Below, piece by piece: positions 52,698 to 63,053 of a DNA stretch of 64,000 nucleotides; position 1 is the stretch's first letter; each line of letters opens with the position of its first letter. Below the pieces are notes generated by a model. It saw only the letters and a list, made by a program, of their open reading frames with translations. It was not told the origin of the DNA and made no database searches. The position numbers were made by a program, and so were the translations under genes. The DNA comes from Nitrospirota bacterium. Its GTDB lineage: Bacteria > Nitrospirota > Thermodesulfovibrionia > Thermodesulfovibrionales > Dissulfurispiraceae. The stretch is taken from positions 9,016 to 73,015 of the forward strand of contig JBBITU010000001.1 of assembly GCA_037440605.1 (NCBI GenBank). Direction: 5' to 3'.

Positions 52698-53198
52698 CTA
52701 TTTTTCTGACGCATCTGCGGAGCCGAAAAATTTTTCTTTGAGGGCAATTTCGACTGCTTCAGAAACAAGCCCTTTTATTGAGCCTCCAAATGATGCTACT
52801 TCTTTAACAATCGTGGATGTCAGATAAGAGAATTCCTCCGAAGGCATCATAAAAACAGTCTCTATTTTCATATTAAGACGTCTGTTCATAAGAGCCATCT
52901 GCAGTTCATATTCAAAATCAGAGACAGCCCTGAGTCCTCTGATTACTACACAGCCGCCTTTATTTTTGACATAATCGATCAAAAGCCCGTTAAATGCCTC
53001 CACCTCAACATTTTTAAGCCCCTTGACAGACTCCTTTATTAGTCTTAGACGCTCTTCCAAAGACAATAGGGGGAGCTTTTTAGGATGGGGGGCAACCGCA
53101 ATAATTATTTTATCAAATATCCTCAATCCTCTTAAAACAAGATCCATGTGACCATTAGTTATGGGATCAAATGTCCCCGGATATATAGCAAATCTCAT
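52698..53198 (-). CDS. coaD: phosphopantetheine adenylyltransferase
   Basis: AIYPGTFDPITNGHMD (T/HxGH) motif, 166 aa. Confidence 0.92.
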   Translation of the reverse strand: MRFAIYPGTFDPITNGHMDLVLRGLRIFDKIIIAVAPHPKKLPLLSLEERLRLIKESVKGLKNVEVEAFNGLLIDYVKNKGGCVVIRGLRAVSDFEYELQMALMNRRLNMKIETVFMMPSEEFSYLTSTIVKEVASFGGSIKGLVSEAVEIALKEKFFGSADASEK

Positions 53199-53283
53199 CT
53201 GTAAATACTCCTCTATTCCTTATTCCGACTTGCCAGCCTGTGCGACATACAGGCTGGCGGGAGTGACAAGCCCCCTACAAATT

Positions 53284-53985
53284 TTAGTCCCATCTATAGA
53301 GGCTTAAAGATGTATCGCCATATTTATAGGTTTTAATAATCTTTAAACTCCCCAACCCACTTGTTCCACCCTTGATAAGAGGGAAAGTAAATGGGGGTAT
53401 CTTTTTAGAAGAGTGTTCAACAATAATAATTCCATTATCCATTAAAATTCCTTTTTCGCCAATCAATGGCAAAACCATCTCAATCTCGCCCGATGTATAT
53501 GGCGGGTCAATAAAAATAATATCAAAATAGCTTTGAGTTTTGCCTGCCCCGCTTCGCGGAGCAAGGCCGGGGAATTTTGACCTCCAAGAGAACCCCTCGA
53601 TAGATGCATTCGGGGACGGGCATTCGGGGACACGGGGTTGAATAATTTTTCTCAAAAAATGTTTAGCATCGTCTTTAATAACCACGGCTTTATCTTGAAA
53701 ACCGAATTTTTCTAACATTTCCCTTATTATACCAATCCTCAAGACATTGTCATCAACAAAAACTACCTTGCCTGCTCCTCTGCTTAGTGCCTCAATTCCA
53801 ACAGCACCTGTCCCCGTATAAAGATCTAAAAAAGCAGCGCCATTTATTCTATCTCCGATAATATTGAAGACGGCTTGCCTTACTTTGGCAGAGGTAGGCC
53901 TTAATTCACTGCCCTCGCCTTTTTTTGAAAAAGCCTTTTTAAATCCAACTTTTCTGCCCTTTGCATCTCCACTAATTATTCTCAT
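53284..53985 (-). CDS. rsmD: 16S rRNA (guanine966-N2)-methyltransferase RsmD with extra internal segments
   Basis: LRPTSAKVRQAVFN, DLYTGTGAVGIEALSRGA and IIFIDPPY motifs. At 233 aa it is longer than the usual ~185 aa. Confidence 0.8.
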   Translation of the reverse strand: MRIISGDAKGRKVGFKKAFSKKGEGSELRPTSAKVRQAVFNIIGDRINGAAFLDLYTGTGAVGIEALSRGAGKVVFVDDNVLRIGIIREMLEKFGFQDKAVVIKDDAKHFLRKIIQPRVPECPSPNASIEGFSWRSKFPGLAPRSGAGKTQSYFDIIFIDPPYTSGEIEMVLPLIGEKGILMDNGIIIVEHSSKKIPPFTFPLIKGGTSGLGSLKIIKTYKYGDTSLSLYRWD

Positions 53986-53993
53986 TTTAAGCG

Positions 53994-54641
53994 TCAGCTA
54001 ATCGGGGGGTTTATCAAACTGTTTGCGGGTAATGTATAGCCTGAAATCTTTACTATCCTGCCCTCGACTTTCAATCTTCCTTCAGCATACAACCTTACCG
54101 CCTCGGGGTATATTTTATGCTCTAATGCCAAAATCCTTGCTGAAAGCATATCTTCGGTATCATCAGGAGAGACAGGAACTGCTGCCTGAATTATTACAGG
54201 TCCTGTGTCAACTCCCTCATCTACAAAATGAACCGTGCATCCGCTTATCCTTACGCCGTAATTAACCGCATCTTTTTGCCCGTGAAGTCCAGGAAAAGAG
54301 GGTAGGAGGGCAGGATGGATATTCATTACACGATTCGGATATGCGTCAAGAAGAGGTTTTCCTACAATCCGCATAAAACCGGCAAGCACAACGAGTTCAA
54401 CACTCTTATTCTGAAGCTGCCTTGCCGCCTCATTATAAAACTCATTTTTACCGGCATATTTGGAAGGGTCAATGTAAAGGTAATCAATAGAATGTCTCTT
54501 GGCTCGCTCAATTGCGTATGCATCAGGATTATCTACTATCAGGAGTTTAATTTTAACATTCAGCCTGCCTGACTCTGCCGCATCAATAAAAGCCTGAAAA
54601 TTAGATCCTCTTCCGGAAGCAAGGACGCCAATATTAAGCAT
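53994..54641 (-). CDS. purN: phosphoribosylglycinamide formyltransferase
   Basis: IGVLASGRGSNFQA, NIHPALLP and GCTVHFVDEGVDTGPVI motifs. The ATG at 54641 follows GGAGGA; the alternative start is at 54653. Confidence 0.9.
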   Translation of the reverse strand: MLNIGVLASGRGSNFQAFIDAAESGRLNVKIKLLIVDNPDAYAIERAKRHSIDYLYIDPSKYAGKNEFYNEAARQLQNKSVELVVLAGFMRIVGKPLLDAYPNRVMNIHPALLPSFPGLHGQKDAVNYGVRISGCTVHFVDEGVDTGPVIIQAAVPVSPDDTEDMLSARILALEHKIYPEAVRLYAEGRLKVEGRIVKISGYTLPANSLINPPIS

Positions 54642-54665
54642 TTCATCCTCCATGACTTATGATAG

Positions 54666-54700
54666 AAAAAAGGGATCTGGTGAGCCAAATCCCCTTTTTT
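54666..54700 (-). terminator. rho-independent terminator of the ribosomal/rpoA operon
   Basis: The minus strand reads GGGGATTTGG-CTCA-CCAGATCCC followed by TTTTTTC. Confidence 0.55.
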
Positions 54701-54763
54701 AGTCAATTAGAATATTTCTTATTTGCATTTCTTGGAGTCGCCCGACTCCTTTTTTGAAGGAAT

Positions 54764-54853
54764 TCAACTCGAAATCCCCAATCTCGGAAAGATAACGAAC
54801 TGTAAGACTACCACGACTACAATAATTGCAAGAATAAGCAAAAAGATTTTCAT
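54764..54853 (-). CDS. possible 29-aa hydrophobic peptide, translationally coupled to rplQ
   Basis: ATGA overlap with the rplQ stop. Translation is MKIFLLILAIIVVVVVLQFVIFPRLGISS. There is no other support. Confidence 0.25.
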   Translation of the reverse strand: MKIFLLILAIIVVVVVLQFVIFPRLGISS

Positions 54854-55263
54854 TCTTTCTCAGGTTTTTTCTTTTCTGGCTTCGCCGGTAATTTATCTTT
54901 TATTTCATTATAATCTATAAACTCGAGTAACGCCATCTGAGCCCTGTCATTAACTCTTTGCCTGGTCTTGACTATGCGCAGATATCCGCCATTTCTGTTT
55001 ACAAATCTTGGCGCAATCTCAGAAAATAGTTTGGCAACTGCTGATCTGTTGGGAATATAGCTCATCACAATTCTCTTGGAATGCAGATCACCCCTTTTAC
55101 CTAAGGTCACAAGTTTTTCTGCAATGCCTTTGGCTGCTTTAGCTTTTGCCACAGTAGTCTCAATCCGCTGATACTGGAAGAGTGATAAGACCACGCCCCG
55201 AAGCAAAGCCTTTCTCTGATTAGCAGTTCTATTAAAACTGCTTCCAGCCACTTTATGTCGCAT
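54850..55263 (-). CDS. rplQ: 50S ribosomal protein L17
   Basis: MRHKVAGSSFNRTANQRKALLRG... typical bL17. Confidence 0.93.
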   Translation of the reverse strand: MRHKVAGSSFNRTANQRKALLRGVVLSLFQYQRIETTVAKAKAAKGIAEKLVTLGKRGDLHSKRIVMSYIPNRSAVAKLFSEIAPRFVNRNGGYLRIVKTRQRVNDRAQMALLEFIDYNEIKDKLPAKPEKKKPEKE

Positions 55264-55279
55264 TTTTATATCCTCCTCT

Positions 55280-56281
55280 TTAAGTCTGTTCAGAATCCCG
55301 CAACTCGTTCAAGTTAATTCTCATTCCGAAATGCAGTCCCATGGAAGTCAACAAGTCCGTTATCTCATTGAGGGATTTTTTACCGAAATTCTTTGTCTTC
55401 AGCATCTCATATTCAGTTCTCTGAACAAGATCCGAGATGGTCCTGATATTAGCATTTTTTAAGCAATTATAGGCTCTGACCGATAATTCAAGTTCATCTA
55501 TATTTTTTTTAAGATATTGATTCATATCATCATTGAGTACGATAGGTTCTTTATCAGGTACATCATCATAGCTGCCCTGTTCATCGTAAAATATGAACAA
55601 ATCAAGGTGATCAATAATAATATATGCTGCATCGCTAACAGCTTTCTCGGGTGAAATACTCCCATCAGTCCATACTTCCATGATAAGCCTGTCATAATCA
55701 GTAAACTTGCCTACCCTTGTTTTTTCAACCCAAAAATTAACCTTCTTCACAGGGCTGAATACGGAGTCAATAGGAAGGATATCAATAGGATCACCTTCTT
55801 CCTTATTAAATTCAGCCGATACATACCCTTTTCCTTTTTTTACGCGCATCTCTATCTCAACAGAAGAGCCGTACTCAATAGTGGCTATATAAACATCCTT
55901 GTTAATAACCTCAACCCCGGCAGGCGCCTGAACATCAGCTCCTGTTATTACCTTATGCCCAGATACGTTGATAGTTAGAGTCTTTTCTGTTTCAGTAAAT
56001 AATTTAAATCTCAATTTTTTTAAATTGAGCAGAATATCAACCACATCTTCCTTTATGCCTTTAACGCTTGAAAACTCGTGCAGCACCCCTGGGATCCTTA
56101 CAGATGTTACTGCTGCCCCCTCCATTGAAGATAACAACACCCTTCTCAGGGTGTTGCCAATGGTAGTGCCAAAGCCCCGTTCAAGGGGTTCTGCAACGAG
56201 CTTACCATAAAAGAGAGTAAGGGTATCTTCATCAAAATTGATCTTTTGAGGCAACTGAAAACCCCTTTTAACAAGATCCAT
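55280..56281 (-). CDS. rpoA: DNA-directed RNA polymerase subunit alpha
   Basis: YGKLVAEPLERGFGTTIGNTLRRVLLSS and C-terminal LELSVRAYNCLKNANI motifs. The start at 56281 is preferred over 56311. Confidence 0.93.
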   Translation of the reverse strand: MDLVKRGFQLPQKINFDEDTLTLFYGKLVAEPLERGFGTTIGNTLRRVLLSSMEGAAVTSVRIPGVLHEFSSVKGIKEDVVDILLNLKKLRFKLFTETEKTLTINVSGHKVITGADVQAPAGVEVINKDVYIATIEYGSSVEIEMRVKKGKGYVSAEFNKEEGDPIDILPIDSVFSPVKKVNFWVEKTRVGKFTDYDRLIMEVWTDGSISPEKAVSDAAYIIIDHLDLFIFYDEQGSYDDVPDKEPIVLNDDMNQYLKKNIDELELSVRAYNCLKNANIRTISDLVQRTEYEMLKTKNFGKKSLNEITDLLTSMGLHFGMRINLNELRDSEQT

Positions 56282-56376
56282 TTCTATGGCCTCCTGAGCC
56301 TGAAAAAACATATTTTTTAGAAAAAAATGCTTTTGGCTTTGTATGATGAATACTTTAATTTATAAAAAGCTGCGCC

Positions 56377-57003
56377 TTATTTCGAATAAAATTCTACTAT
56401 CAATTGCTCCTGAACCGGGAGTTGTATTTCCTCCCTCGATGGGACGCGTAAAAACTTGCCTTTAAAATTCTGCATGTCAACTTCCAGCCAGTGTGGTATG
56501 CCCCGGTGCTCAGCAATAGAAAGGCTGTCTGTTATTGATGGAATTTGTCTGCTTGCTTCAGTAACCTCAACAATATCTCCAGCCCGAAGCAGATATGATG
56601 GGATATCAACTCTTTTGCCATTTACAAGAAAATGGCAGTGTTTTACTATAAGCCTTGCTTCGCGTCTGTTTGACGCAAATCCCATTCTGAATACAACAGT
56701 ATCAAGTCTTCTTTCAAGAAGCTGGAGAAGCTCCTCACCAGTAACACCTTTCATTCTGGATGCCTTAGCAAAATATATCCTGAATTGATTTTCCATAACA
56801 CCATAAATTCTTCTGACCTTTTGCTTTTCCCTTAACTGAATACCATAATCTGATAGCTTACCCCTGCCTTGACCATGCTGTCCAGGGGCGTATTTCCGCC
56901 TTTCTATAGAGCACTTTTCAGTATAGCATCTGTTGCCTTTAAGGAAAAGCTTTTCGCCTTCTCTTCTGCAGAGCTTGCAAAGAGGACCACTATACCTCGC
57001 CAT
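56377..57003 (-). CDS. rpsD: 30S ribosomal protein S4
   Basis: [23 protein letters not shown]... uS4 with a zinc-finger-like N-terminus. Confidence 0.95.
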   Translation of the reverse strand: MARYSGPLCKLCRREGEKLFLKGNRCYTEKCSIERRKYAPGQHGQGRGKLSDYGIQLREKQKVRRIYGVMENQFRIYFAKASRMKGVTGEELLQLLERRLDTVVFRMGFASNRREARLIVKHCHFLVNGKRVDIPSYLLRAGDIVEVTEASRQIPSITDSLSIAEHRGIPHWLEVDMQNFKGKFLRVPSREEIQLPVQEQLIVEFYSK

Positions 57004-57390
57004 CTATACTCTCCTCCTTTTTGGGGGTCGGCAGCCATTATGGGGGACAGGTGTCACATCCTTAATCATGGTTATCTCGAGCCCGGCAGCCTGCAGCGCC
57101 CTTATCGCTGTTTCCCTGCCTGAACCGGGTCCTTTGACAAAAACATCTACCTGCTTCAGCCCCATTTCCTTAGCTTTCTTTGCTGCAGCTTCTGAAGCCA
57201 TCTGCGCAGCAAAAGGAGTGCTTTTCCTTGAGCCTTTAAAGCCGAGACTCCCTGCGCTTGACCATGCAATCACACCGCCATTAGGATCTGTAATGGTAAT
57301 TATTGTATTGTTAAAAGTGGTCTGAATATGTGCAGCGCCTGAAACGATATTTCTTTTTATTTTTTTCCCGATTCTTTTTTTCTGAGCCAT
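57004..57390 (-). CDS. rpsK: 30S ribosomal protein S11
   Basis: [18 protein letters not shown]...[16 protein letters not shown]. Confidence 0.95.
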   Translation of the reverse strand: MAQKKRIGKKIKRNIVSGAAHIQTTFNNTIITITDPNGGVIAWSSAGSLGFKGSRKSTPFAAQMASEAAAKKAKEMGLKQVDVFVKGPGSGRETAIRALQAAGLEITMIKDVTPVPHNGCRPPKRRRV

Positions 57391-57403
57391 TGTAAGAACC
57401 TCC

Positions 57404-57769
57404 TTACTTTTTCTTAACTACCAGCTTCCTTGGTCCTTTACGTGTCCGTGCATTCGTCTTTGTTCTCTGACCCCTTGCGGGTAGATGTGCAAGATGCCTC
57501 TGCCCCCTGTAGGAACCAATGTCAGTAAGCCTCTTGATATCCATAGCCACTTCTCTTCTAAGATCACCCTCAACTTTATAATCCCTATCCAGAAGATTCC
57601 TTATCTTAACGATATCATCATCGGTTAAATTTTTCACCCGTGTATCAGGATTAATGTTTGTCTCAGCGAGTATCTTTTTAGATAATGCCCTTCCTAAACC
57701 AAAAATACGGGTTAATCCGATCTCAACACGTTCGTTTTTAGGCAGGTCAGCACCGCTTATTCTTGCCAT
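57404..57769 (-). CDS. rpsM: 30S ribosomal protein S13
   Basis: [26 protein letters not shown]... Confidence 0.95.
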   Translation of the reverse strand: MARISGADLPKNERVEIGLTRIFGLGRALSKKILAETNINPDTRVKNLTDDDIVKIRNLLDRDYKVEGDLRREVAMDIKRLTDIGSYRGQRHLAHLPARGQRTKTNARTRKGPRKLVVKKK

Positions 57770-57812
57770 ATAAAAGCTCCTTTAAATTCTTGTATAAAAA
57801 GCATTTGGTTTT

Positions 57813-57926
57813 CTACCCTTGTTTCTGTTTATGCCTTGGGTTTTCACAAAGCACCCTTAAAATACCCTTTCTTTTGATAATTTTGCATTTAGAACAAATT
57901 GCTTTAATAGAAGGTCTAACCTTCAT
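57813..57926 (-). CDS. rpmJ: 50S ribosomal protein L36 (zinc-binding form)
   Basis: My own translation, not in the ORF track: [37 protein letters not shown]. Confidence 0.9.
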   Translation of the reverse strand: MKVRPSIKAICSKCKIIKRKGILRVLCENPRHKQKQG

Positions 57927-58027
57927 TTTCCCCCCCTTTATAAGAAAAGATTTAGCTCCTGAACGGGGTTTCAACCAACCCGCAGAAATAATCTTCGAGT
58001 CCAGGATTATGGCAGCACAACGATCTA

Positions 58028-58246
58028 TTATTTAAACCTATACGTTATCCTGCCCTTAGTCAGATCATATGGCGAAAGTTCAACAAGAACTTTGTCACCT
58101 GGCAATATTTTGATAAAATGCATCCTCATCTTGCCAGATATGTATGCTAGGATCACCTGTCCATTTTCCAGTTCAACCCTGAACATGGCATTTGGAAGGG
58201 TTTCGATAATCTTGCCGCTGACTTCTATGCTTTCTTCTTTTTCCAT
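58028..58246 (-). CDS. infA: translation initiation factor IF-1
   Basis: [41 protein letters not shown]..., 72 aa. Confidence 0.93.
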   Translation of the reverse strand: MEKEESIEVSGKIIETLPNAMFRVELENGQVILAYISGKMRMHFIKILPGDKVLVELSPYDLTKGRITYRFK

Positions 58247-58274
58247 ACCTAAATTTTTTAGTATCACCTATTTT

Positions 58275-59024
58275 TTATATTTTAGTCAATATTACCGGCC
58301 CGTTCTTCGTGACTGCGATAGTATGTTCAAAATGCGCTGAGAGACTCCCGTCAGAAGTTACAGCAGTCCAACCATCATCCAAAATCATAACATCATGACC
58401 TCCGGCATTAACCATAGGCTCAATGGCTATCGTCATCCCCTCCCTGAGCCTTACGCCGACTCCTGGTCTGCCAAAATTTGGGACCTGCGGATCCTCATGC
58501 AAAAAACGCCCAATGCCATGACCAACAAACGCCCTTACAACAGAAAAACTGCATCCTTCGACATGCTGCTGTATAGCAGAGGAGATGTCCGAGACCCTAT
58601 TGCCAGGAAGAGCTTTTGAAATCCCAATATAGAGGGCATCCTCTGTAACCCGCAAAAGTTTTCTGGCGTCCTGACTAACTTCGCCGATTCCGAGGGTTAT
58701 GGCTGCATCACCATAAAAACCTTTTAGCAAAACCCCTAAGTCTATACTGACAATATCACCGCTTTTCAACCTTAGGTGCGTGGAAGGGATTCCATGAACC
58801 ACCTGATCATTCACTGACAGGCACACACTTGACGGATATCCCCTGTAACCTTTGAACGCTGGCAGTGCATTCCTTTTTAATATCTGGCTCTCAACAAATC
58901 CTTCAATTTCAGCAGTTGAGATTCCTTCCGTTACAAAGGATTTCAGACCTTCCAGAACCTCTGCAACAATCCTGCATGATTCTGATATCCTTTTAATCTC
59001 ATTTTGGGACTTAATTATTATCAC
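58275..59024 (-). CDS. map: type I methionine aminopeptidase
   Basis: 249 aa with metal ligand motifs (DIVSIDLG, VGHGIG, IEP, EHT). Confidence 0.92.
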   Translation of the reverse strand: MIIIKSQNEIKRISESCRIVAEVLEGLKSFVTEGISTAEIEGFVESQILKRNALPAFKGYRGYPSSVCLSVNDQVVHGIPSTHLRLKSGDIVSIDLGVLLKGFYGDAAITLGIGEVSQDARKLLRVTEDALYIGISKALPGNRVSDISSAIQQHVEGCSFSVVRAFVGHGIGRFLHEDPQVPNFGRPGVGVRLREGMTIAIEPMVNAGGHDVMILDDGWTAVTSDGSLSAHFEHTIAVTKNGPVILTKI

Positions 59025-59031
59025 AGGAGAA

Positions 59032-60336
59032 TTATCTTCTGCCCTTTATACGCCCTTTTTTAAGGAAGCCATCATAAGATCTGGTAATTAAATGCGACTC
59101 AATTTGTGAAACTGTGTCGAGCGCTACGCCCACGGCTATAAGCAGAGAAGTTCCACCAAAATAGAAAGGCACATTTAGCCTTGAGATAAATATCTCTGGT
59201 ATTATGCATACAAAACCGAGATATAATGCCCCTACAAAGGTAAGTCTCGTGATAACCCTGTAAATATAATCCGATGTCTTTTGCCCGGGTCTAATGCCGG
59301 GAATATAACCGCCTTGTTTCTGAAGATTCTCGGCAATATCAACCGGATTAAATATGACTGCTGTATAAAAGAAACAGAAAAAGAATATAAGTCCCATATA
59401 AAGGGATGTATATAAAATATTTCCGGGAGATAATTGAGATGATAAAGACTGAACCCATGGAATTGCTATAAAACCAGCTATTGTAGCTGGAAACATTATT
59501 ATCGAAGATGCAAAAATTGGCGGTATGACGCCTGCAGTATTGATCTTTAACGGCAAATGGGCTGTCTGCCCTCCAAAAACCTTCTTGCCTATAATACGTC
59601 TCGCGTACTGTACAGGTATCTTTCTTTGTCCTCGCTCAATAAATACAATGCCGCCGACTATGGCAATCATGACAGCAAGGAGGAAAATCATAAAAATTAA
59701 AGATACTTCACCTGCCCTGATAAGCGCTACGGTCTGCACAATAGCCGATGGTAAGCCAGCCACTATACCGGCAAATATTATGAGGGATATGCCGTTGCCA
59801 ATGCCTCTTTCCGTTATTTGTTCGCCCAGCCACATTAGAAAGACTGTCCCAGATGTAAGGGTAATCATCGTTATCAATCTGAATGACCAGCCAGGGTCTC
59901 TCACAAACTCACCACCGGACATGCCTTCTAATCCGATTGCTATTCCCAGTGATTGTACAGCCGCTATACCTACAGTCCCATATCTTGTGTACTTGATGAT
60001 CTTTTTCCTGCCTGCATCGCCTTCTTTTGCAATTTTTCCAAGGGCAGGAATAACTACAGTTAGCAGCTGAATTATAATAGAGGCGCTTATGTAAGGCATG
60101 ATCCCAAGAGCGAAAATCGCCATTTGAGAAAGAGCTCCGCCCGAAAAAATATCAAAGAACCCAACCACCGCCCCGCCTTTTTCGAGCAGAAACTTCTTGA
60201 GAGCCTCGCTATTAATCCCCGGAGTAGGTACGTGGGCACCGACCCTGTAAACAACAAGAAGGGCTAAGGTAAAAAATATCCTGCTTCTGAGCTCTGGAAT
60301 TTTAAAAATGTTTTGAATGGTTGTAAGAAGTCTCAA
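59032..60336 (-). CDS. secY: preprotein translocase subunit SecY
   Basis: 434 aa, 10 TM segments, [18 protein letters not shown] and [11 protein letters not shown] motifs. Confidence 0.95.
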   Translation of the reverse strand: MRLLTTIQNIFKIPELRSRIFFTLALLVVYRVGAHVPTPGINSEALKKFLLEKGGAVVGFFDIFSGGALSQMAIFALGIMPYISASIIIQLLTVVIPALGKIAKEGDAGRKKIIKYTRYGTVGIAAVQSLGIAIGLEGMSGGEFVRDPGWSFRLITMITLTSGTVFLMWLGEQITERGIGNGISLIIFAGIVAGLPSAIVQTVALIRAGEVSLIFMIFLLAVMIAIVGGIVFIERGQRKIPVQYARRIIGKKVFGGQTAHLPLKINTAGVIPPIFASSIIMFPATIAGFIAIPWVQSLSSQLSPGNILYTSLYMGLIFFFCFFYTAVIFNPVDIAENLQKQGGYIPGIRPGQKTSDYIYRVITRLTFVGALYLGFVCIIPEIFISRLNVPFYFGGTSLLIAVGVALDTVSQIESHLITRSYDGFLKKGRIKGRR

Positions 60337-60782
60337 CTCTTAAGCACCTCGATCTTCCCCCCTGAGGCTTGAATCTTGGATGCTGCAGATGAGCTGAATG
60401 CGTGGGCTTTAACGGTCAAGGGTTTATTAATATTGCCCTCGCCTAAAACTTTTAAGCCGTCCTTAATATCCCTTATTATCTTTTTTTGAATCAGGAATTC
60501 AGGTGTTATTTCAGCAACATCCTGAAATCTTTCGATATCCTCGAGATTTATGATTGCAAACTCTTTTTTAAAGGGCATATTCTTGAACCCTCTTTTAGGC
60601 AGCCTTCTCTGCAGGGTGGTCTGTCCACCCTCAAACATCGGCCCCTTTGTTCCGCCCGAGCGGGCCTTCTGCCCCTTATGCCCTTTTGTAGATGTCTTGC
60701 CATGTCTTGAACCGGGTCCCCTGCCGACTCTTTTTGCTTTTTTAATGCTGCCTTTTGCTGGAGACAAATCCTGTATTTTCAT
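60333..60782 (-). CDS. rplO: 50S ribosomal protein L15
   Basis: [28 protein letters not shown]. Confidence 0.93.
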   Translation of the reverse strand: MKIQDLSPAKGSIKKAKRVGRGPGSRHGKTSTKGHKGQKARSGGTKGPMFEGGQTTLQRRLPKRGFKNMPFKKEFAIINLEDIERFQDVAEITPEFLIQKKIIRDIKDGLKVLGEGNINKPLTVKAHAFSSSAASKIQASGGKIEVLKS

Positions 60783-60793
60783 AATAGCAATGC

Positions 60794-61324
60794 TTATCCT
60801 CCTGATTCAGATTCTTCTTCAGAAGGATTCTCTCCCTCTGTCTTGCCCCTTAGCTTAAATACAGTATCAGGGTCTTTCAAATTTGCAAGGCCATTCAATG
60901 TTGCCTTAACGCTATTAAAGGGGTTATGTCCTCCGAGGGATTTAGCCACAACATCATGTATGCCGGCAACCTCAAAGACAGCGCGTGCTGCACCGCCTGC
61001 TATTAGCCCGGTGCCTTTTTTTGCAGGATTAATGACAACGGAATTAGAGCCATAGCGGCCGATAATACGATGTGTAACAGTTCCATCTTTGAGAGAAAAC
61101 TTAAAAAGCCTTTTTTTAGCCTGCTCTATTGCCTTTCTGATCGCCTCAGGAACTTCGGAAGCCTTGCCTTTACCAATGCCGACAACCCCCTCACCATTTC
61201 CAACTACTACCAGGGCGCTAAAAGAAAATCTTCTGCCACCCTTGACAACCTTTGCCACCCTGTTTATATACACAACCTTGTCTTTTAAATTCAGCCCTTC
61301 AGGATTAATAATCTCAGTCTTCAC
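60794..61324 (-). CDS. rpsE: 30S ribosomal protein S5
   Basis: [35 protein letters not shown] start at 61324 behind AGGAGGG is proposed. The track start at 61375 would overlap rplR. The protein has an acidic C-terminal tail. Confidence 0.88.
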   Translation of the reverse strand: MKTEIINPEGLNLKDKVVYINRVAKVVKGGRRFSFSALVVVGNGEGVVGIGKGKASEVPEAIRKAIEQAKKRLFKFSLKDGTVTHRIIGRYGSNSVVINPAKKGTGLIAGGAARAVFEVAGIHDVVAKSLGGHNPFNSVKATLNGLANLKDPDTVFKLRGKTEGENPSEEESESGG

Positions 61325-61337
61325 TATCCCTCCTAGT

Positions 61338-61697
61338 TTAAAACTCCAAACCGCCTTCACGAGCTCCATCGGCAAGAGCTTTTATGCTTCCATGATATTT
61401 ATAACCGCTACGATCAAAAACAATTTTTTTGATCCCTCTTACAATTGCTCTGGAAGCAATCAACTTGCCAATGTTGCCAGCCATTTTCATATTGCCTTTA
61501 TGTCCAGATACATCTCTGAATTCTTTATCCAAAGAAGACGCAAAAACAACAGTATGCCCTTTTGTATCATCAGTCAACTGAGCATATATATTATTAAGCC
61601 CTTTATAGACACAAAGCCTGGGCTTTTCAAGTGTCCCGATAACCTTTTTTCTTGTTCTTCTGTGTCTTCTATCCTTTGCCTGCAGCTTTAAACTCAC
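61338..61697 (-). CDS. rplR: 50S ribosomal protein L18
   Basis: [35 protein letters not shown] start behind AGGAGG. Confidence 0.92.
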   Translation of the reverse strand: MSLKLQAKDRRHRRTRKKVIGTLEKPRLCVYKGLNNIYAQLTDDTKGHTVVFASSLDKEFRDVSGHKGNMKMAGNIGKLIASRAIVRGIKKIVFDRSGYKYHGSIKALADGAREGGLEF

Positions 61698-61894
61698 TTA
61701 TTTCCTCCTGAATTTAGTAAAAACCTCTGTGTTGCAACTGCCAAAATAACTGAATCAAAAATTAACTTGCATAAAAAAACAGCAAGAATGATCTTTTACC
61801 AGCAAGCATATAATTTATAATTCCCGGCAGCTTGTAACAGCAGAACCTACCATACCTTGCATTTTGTATCCAGCAAGCAGTAAATCAACGAATC

Positions 61895-62437
61895 CTATTT
61901 TTTCCCGGTCTTGCCAGCTTTCAGTTTAAGCCTCTCGTTGGAATATCTTATGCCCTTTCCCTTATAGGCATCCGGGGGTCGTATGCTCTTAATATCAGCT
62001 GCCGACTGCCCAAGAGCCTGTTTATTCATAGAACTCAAGGTTATGGTTACCTGCTTATCATCAACCTTCGCAGACACACCTTCCGGCAGTTGATATTCAA
62101 CTGGATGGGCATAACCTAGTGCAAATACTAATTTATCTCCCTTTAACTGAACCCTATACCCGATTCCAGTAATTTCAAGCACCTTCTGATAGCCCTGTGA
62201 GACACCCTGAACCATATTAGCTACCAGGCTGCGGGCAAGCCCATGAAGCGCTCTTGCTGTCTTGAGATCAGAATCCCTCTGTAGAACAATCTTGGCATTG
62301 TCAATAACCATGTTTATACCCTGCGGAAGGGTATAATTCATTTCACCTTTAGAACTTTTTACGGTAACTAAATCCTGATTCAGGCTAACTGACACCCCAT
62401 CGGGTATCTCTATAAATTTCATGCCGACTCTTGACAT
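61895..62437 (-). CDS. rplF: 50S ribosomal protein L6
   Basis: MSRVGMKFIEIPDGVSVSLNQDLVTVKSSKGE... Confidence 0.93.
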   Translation of the reverse strand: MSRVGMKFIEIPDGVSVSLNQDLVTVKSSKGEMNYTLPQGINMVIDNAKIVLQRDSDLKTARALHGLARSLVANMVQGVSQGYQKVLEITGIGYRVQLKGDKLVFALGYAHPVEYQLPEGVSAKVDDKQVTITLSSMNKQALGQSAADIKSIRPPDAYKGKGIRYSNERLKLKAGKTGKK

Positions 62438-62448
62438 TTATAACTCTC

Positions 62449-62844
62449 CTACCAAATATAGCATAGAACTTCGCCGCCGACACCCTCTCTGCGGCACTCC
62501 TGATCAGTAAGGATGCCCTTTGAGGTTGTTATAATTGCGATTCCAACCCCGCCCATTACAGTCGGTATTTCTGACTTGCCTATATACACCCTTCTGCCAG
62601 GGGTGCTTACTCGCTTAAGCCCTGAAATAAGAGGTTTACTATCTTGACCATATTTAGGCGTTAATCTTAAAATTCCCTGCTTTTTGTCTTTAATAATTTT
62701 ATAGGATTTAATAAATCCTTCTTCCTTCAGTACCTTTGCTATTTCAACCTTCATTCTCGAAGCAGGCATATCTACCTTCTCATTCTTAATTACAATAGAA
62801 TTCCTTACTCGAGTAAGCATATCTGCTATAGGATCAGTCATCAT
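62449..62844 (-). CDS. rpsH: 30S ribosomal protein S8
   Basis: [15 protein letters not shown]... Confidence 0.95.
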   Translation of the reverse strand: MMTDPIADMLTRVRNSIVIKNEKVDMPASRMKVEIAKVLKEEGFIKSYKIIKDKKQGILRLTPKYGQDSKPLISGLKRVSTPGRRVYIGKSEIPTVMGGVGIAIITTSKGILTDQECRREGVGGEVLCYIW

Positions 62845-62856
62845 TGTTAATCACCT

Positions 62857-63042
62857 CTACCAACTCGCTTTTGTTACGCCTGGGATTTGACCTCTAAGTG
62901 CAAAGTTCCTGAAACAAATCCTGCATAGCCCAAATTTCCTGATATAACCATTAGGTCTGCCGCAGATTTTGCATCTGTTATGACGTCTTACCTGATATTT
63001 AGGCGTCCTTAAAAATTTCACCATCATGCACAGCTTAGCCAT
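62857..63042 (-). CDS. rpsZ: 30S ribosomal protein S14 type Z (zinc-binding, 61 aa)
   Basis: [45 protein letters not shown]... The track ORF has an upstream extension. Confidence 0.92.
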   Translation of the reverse strand: MAKLCMMVKFLRTPKYQVRRHNRCKICGRPNGYIRKFGLCRICFRNFALRGQIPGVTKASW

Positions 63043-63053
63043 CAACGCCTCCT

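Noticed and set aside
59024-60794. Absence of adk and rpmD as a sign of misassembly or deletion.
   Set aside because: The gene junctions are tight and in canonical order with intact RBSs. Several bacterial lineages lack L30 or encode adk elsewhere. This is recorded only as a note within the spc-operon finding.
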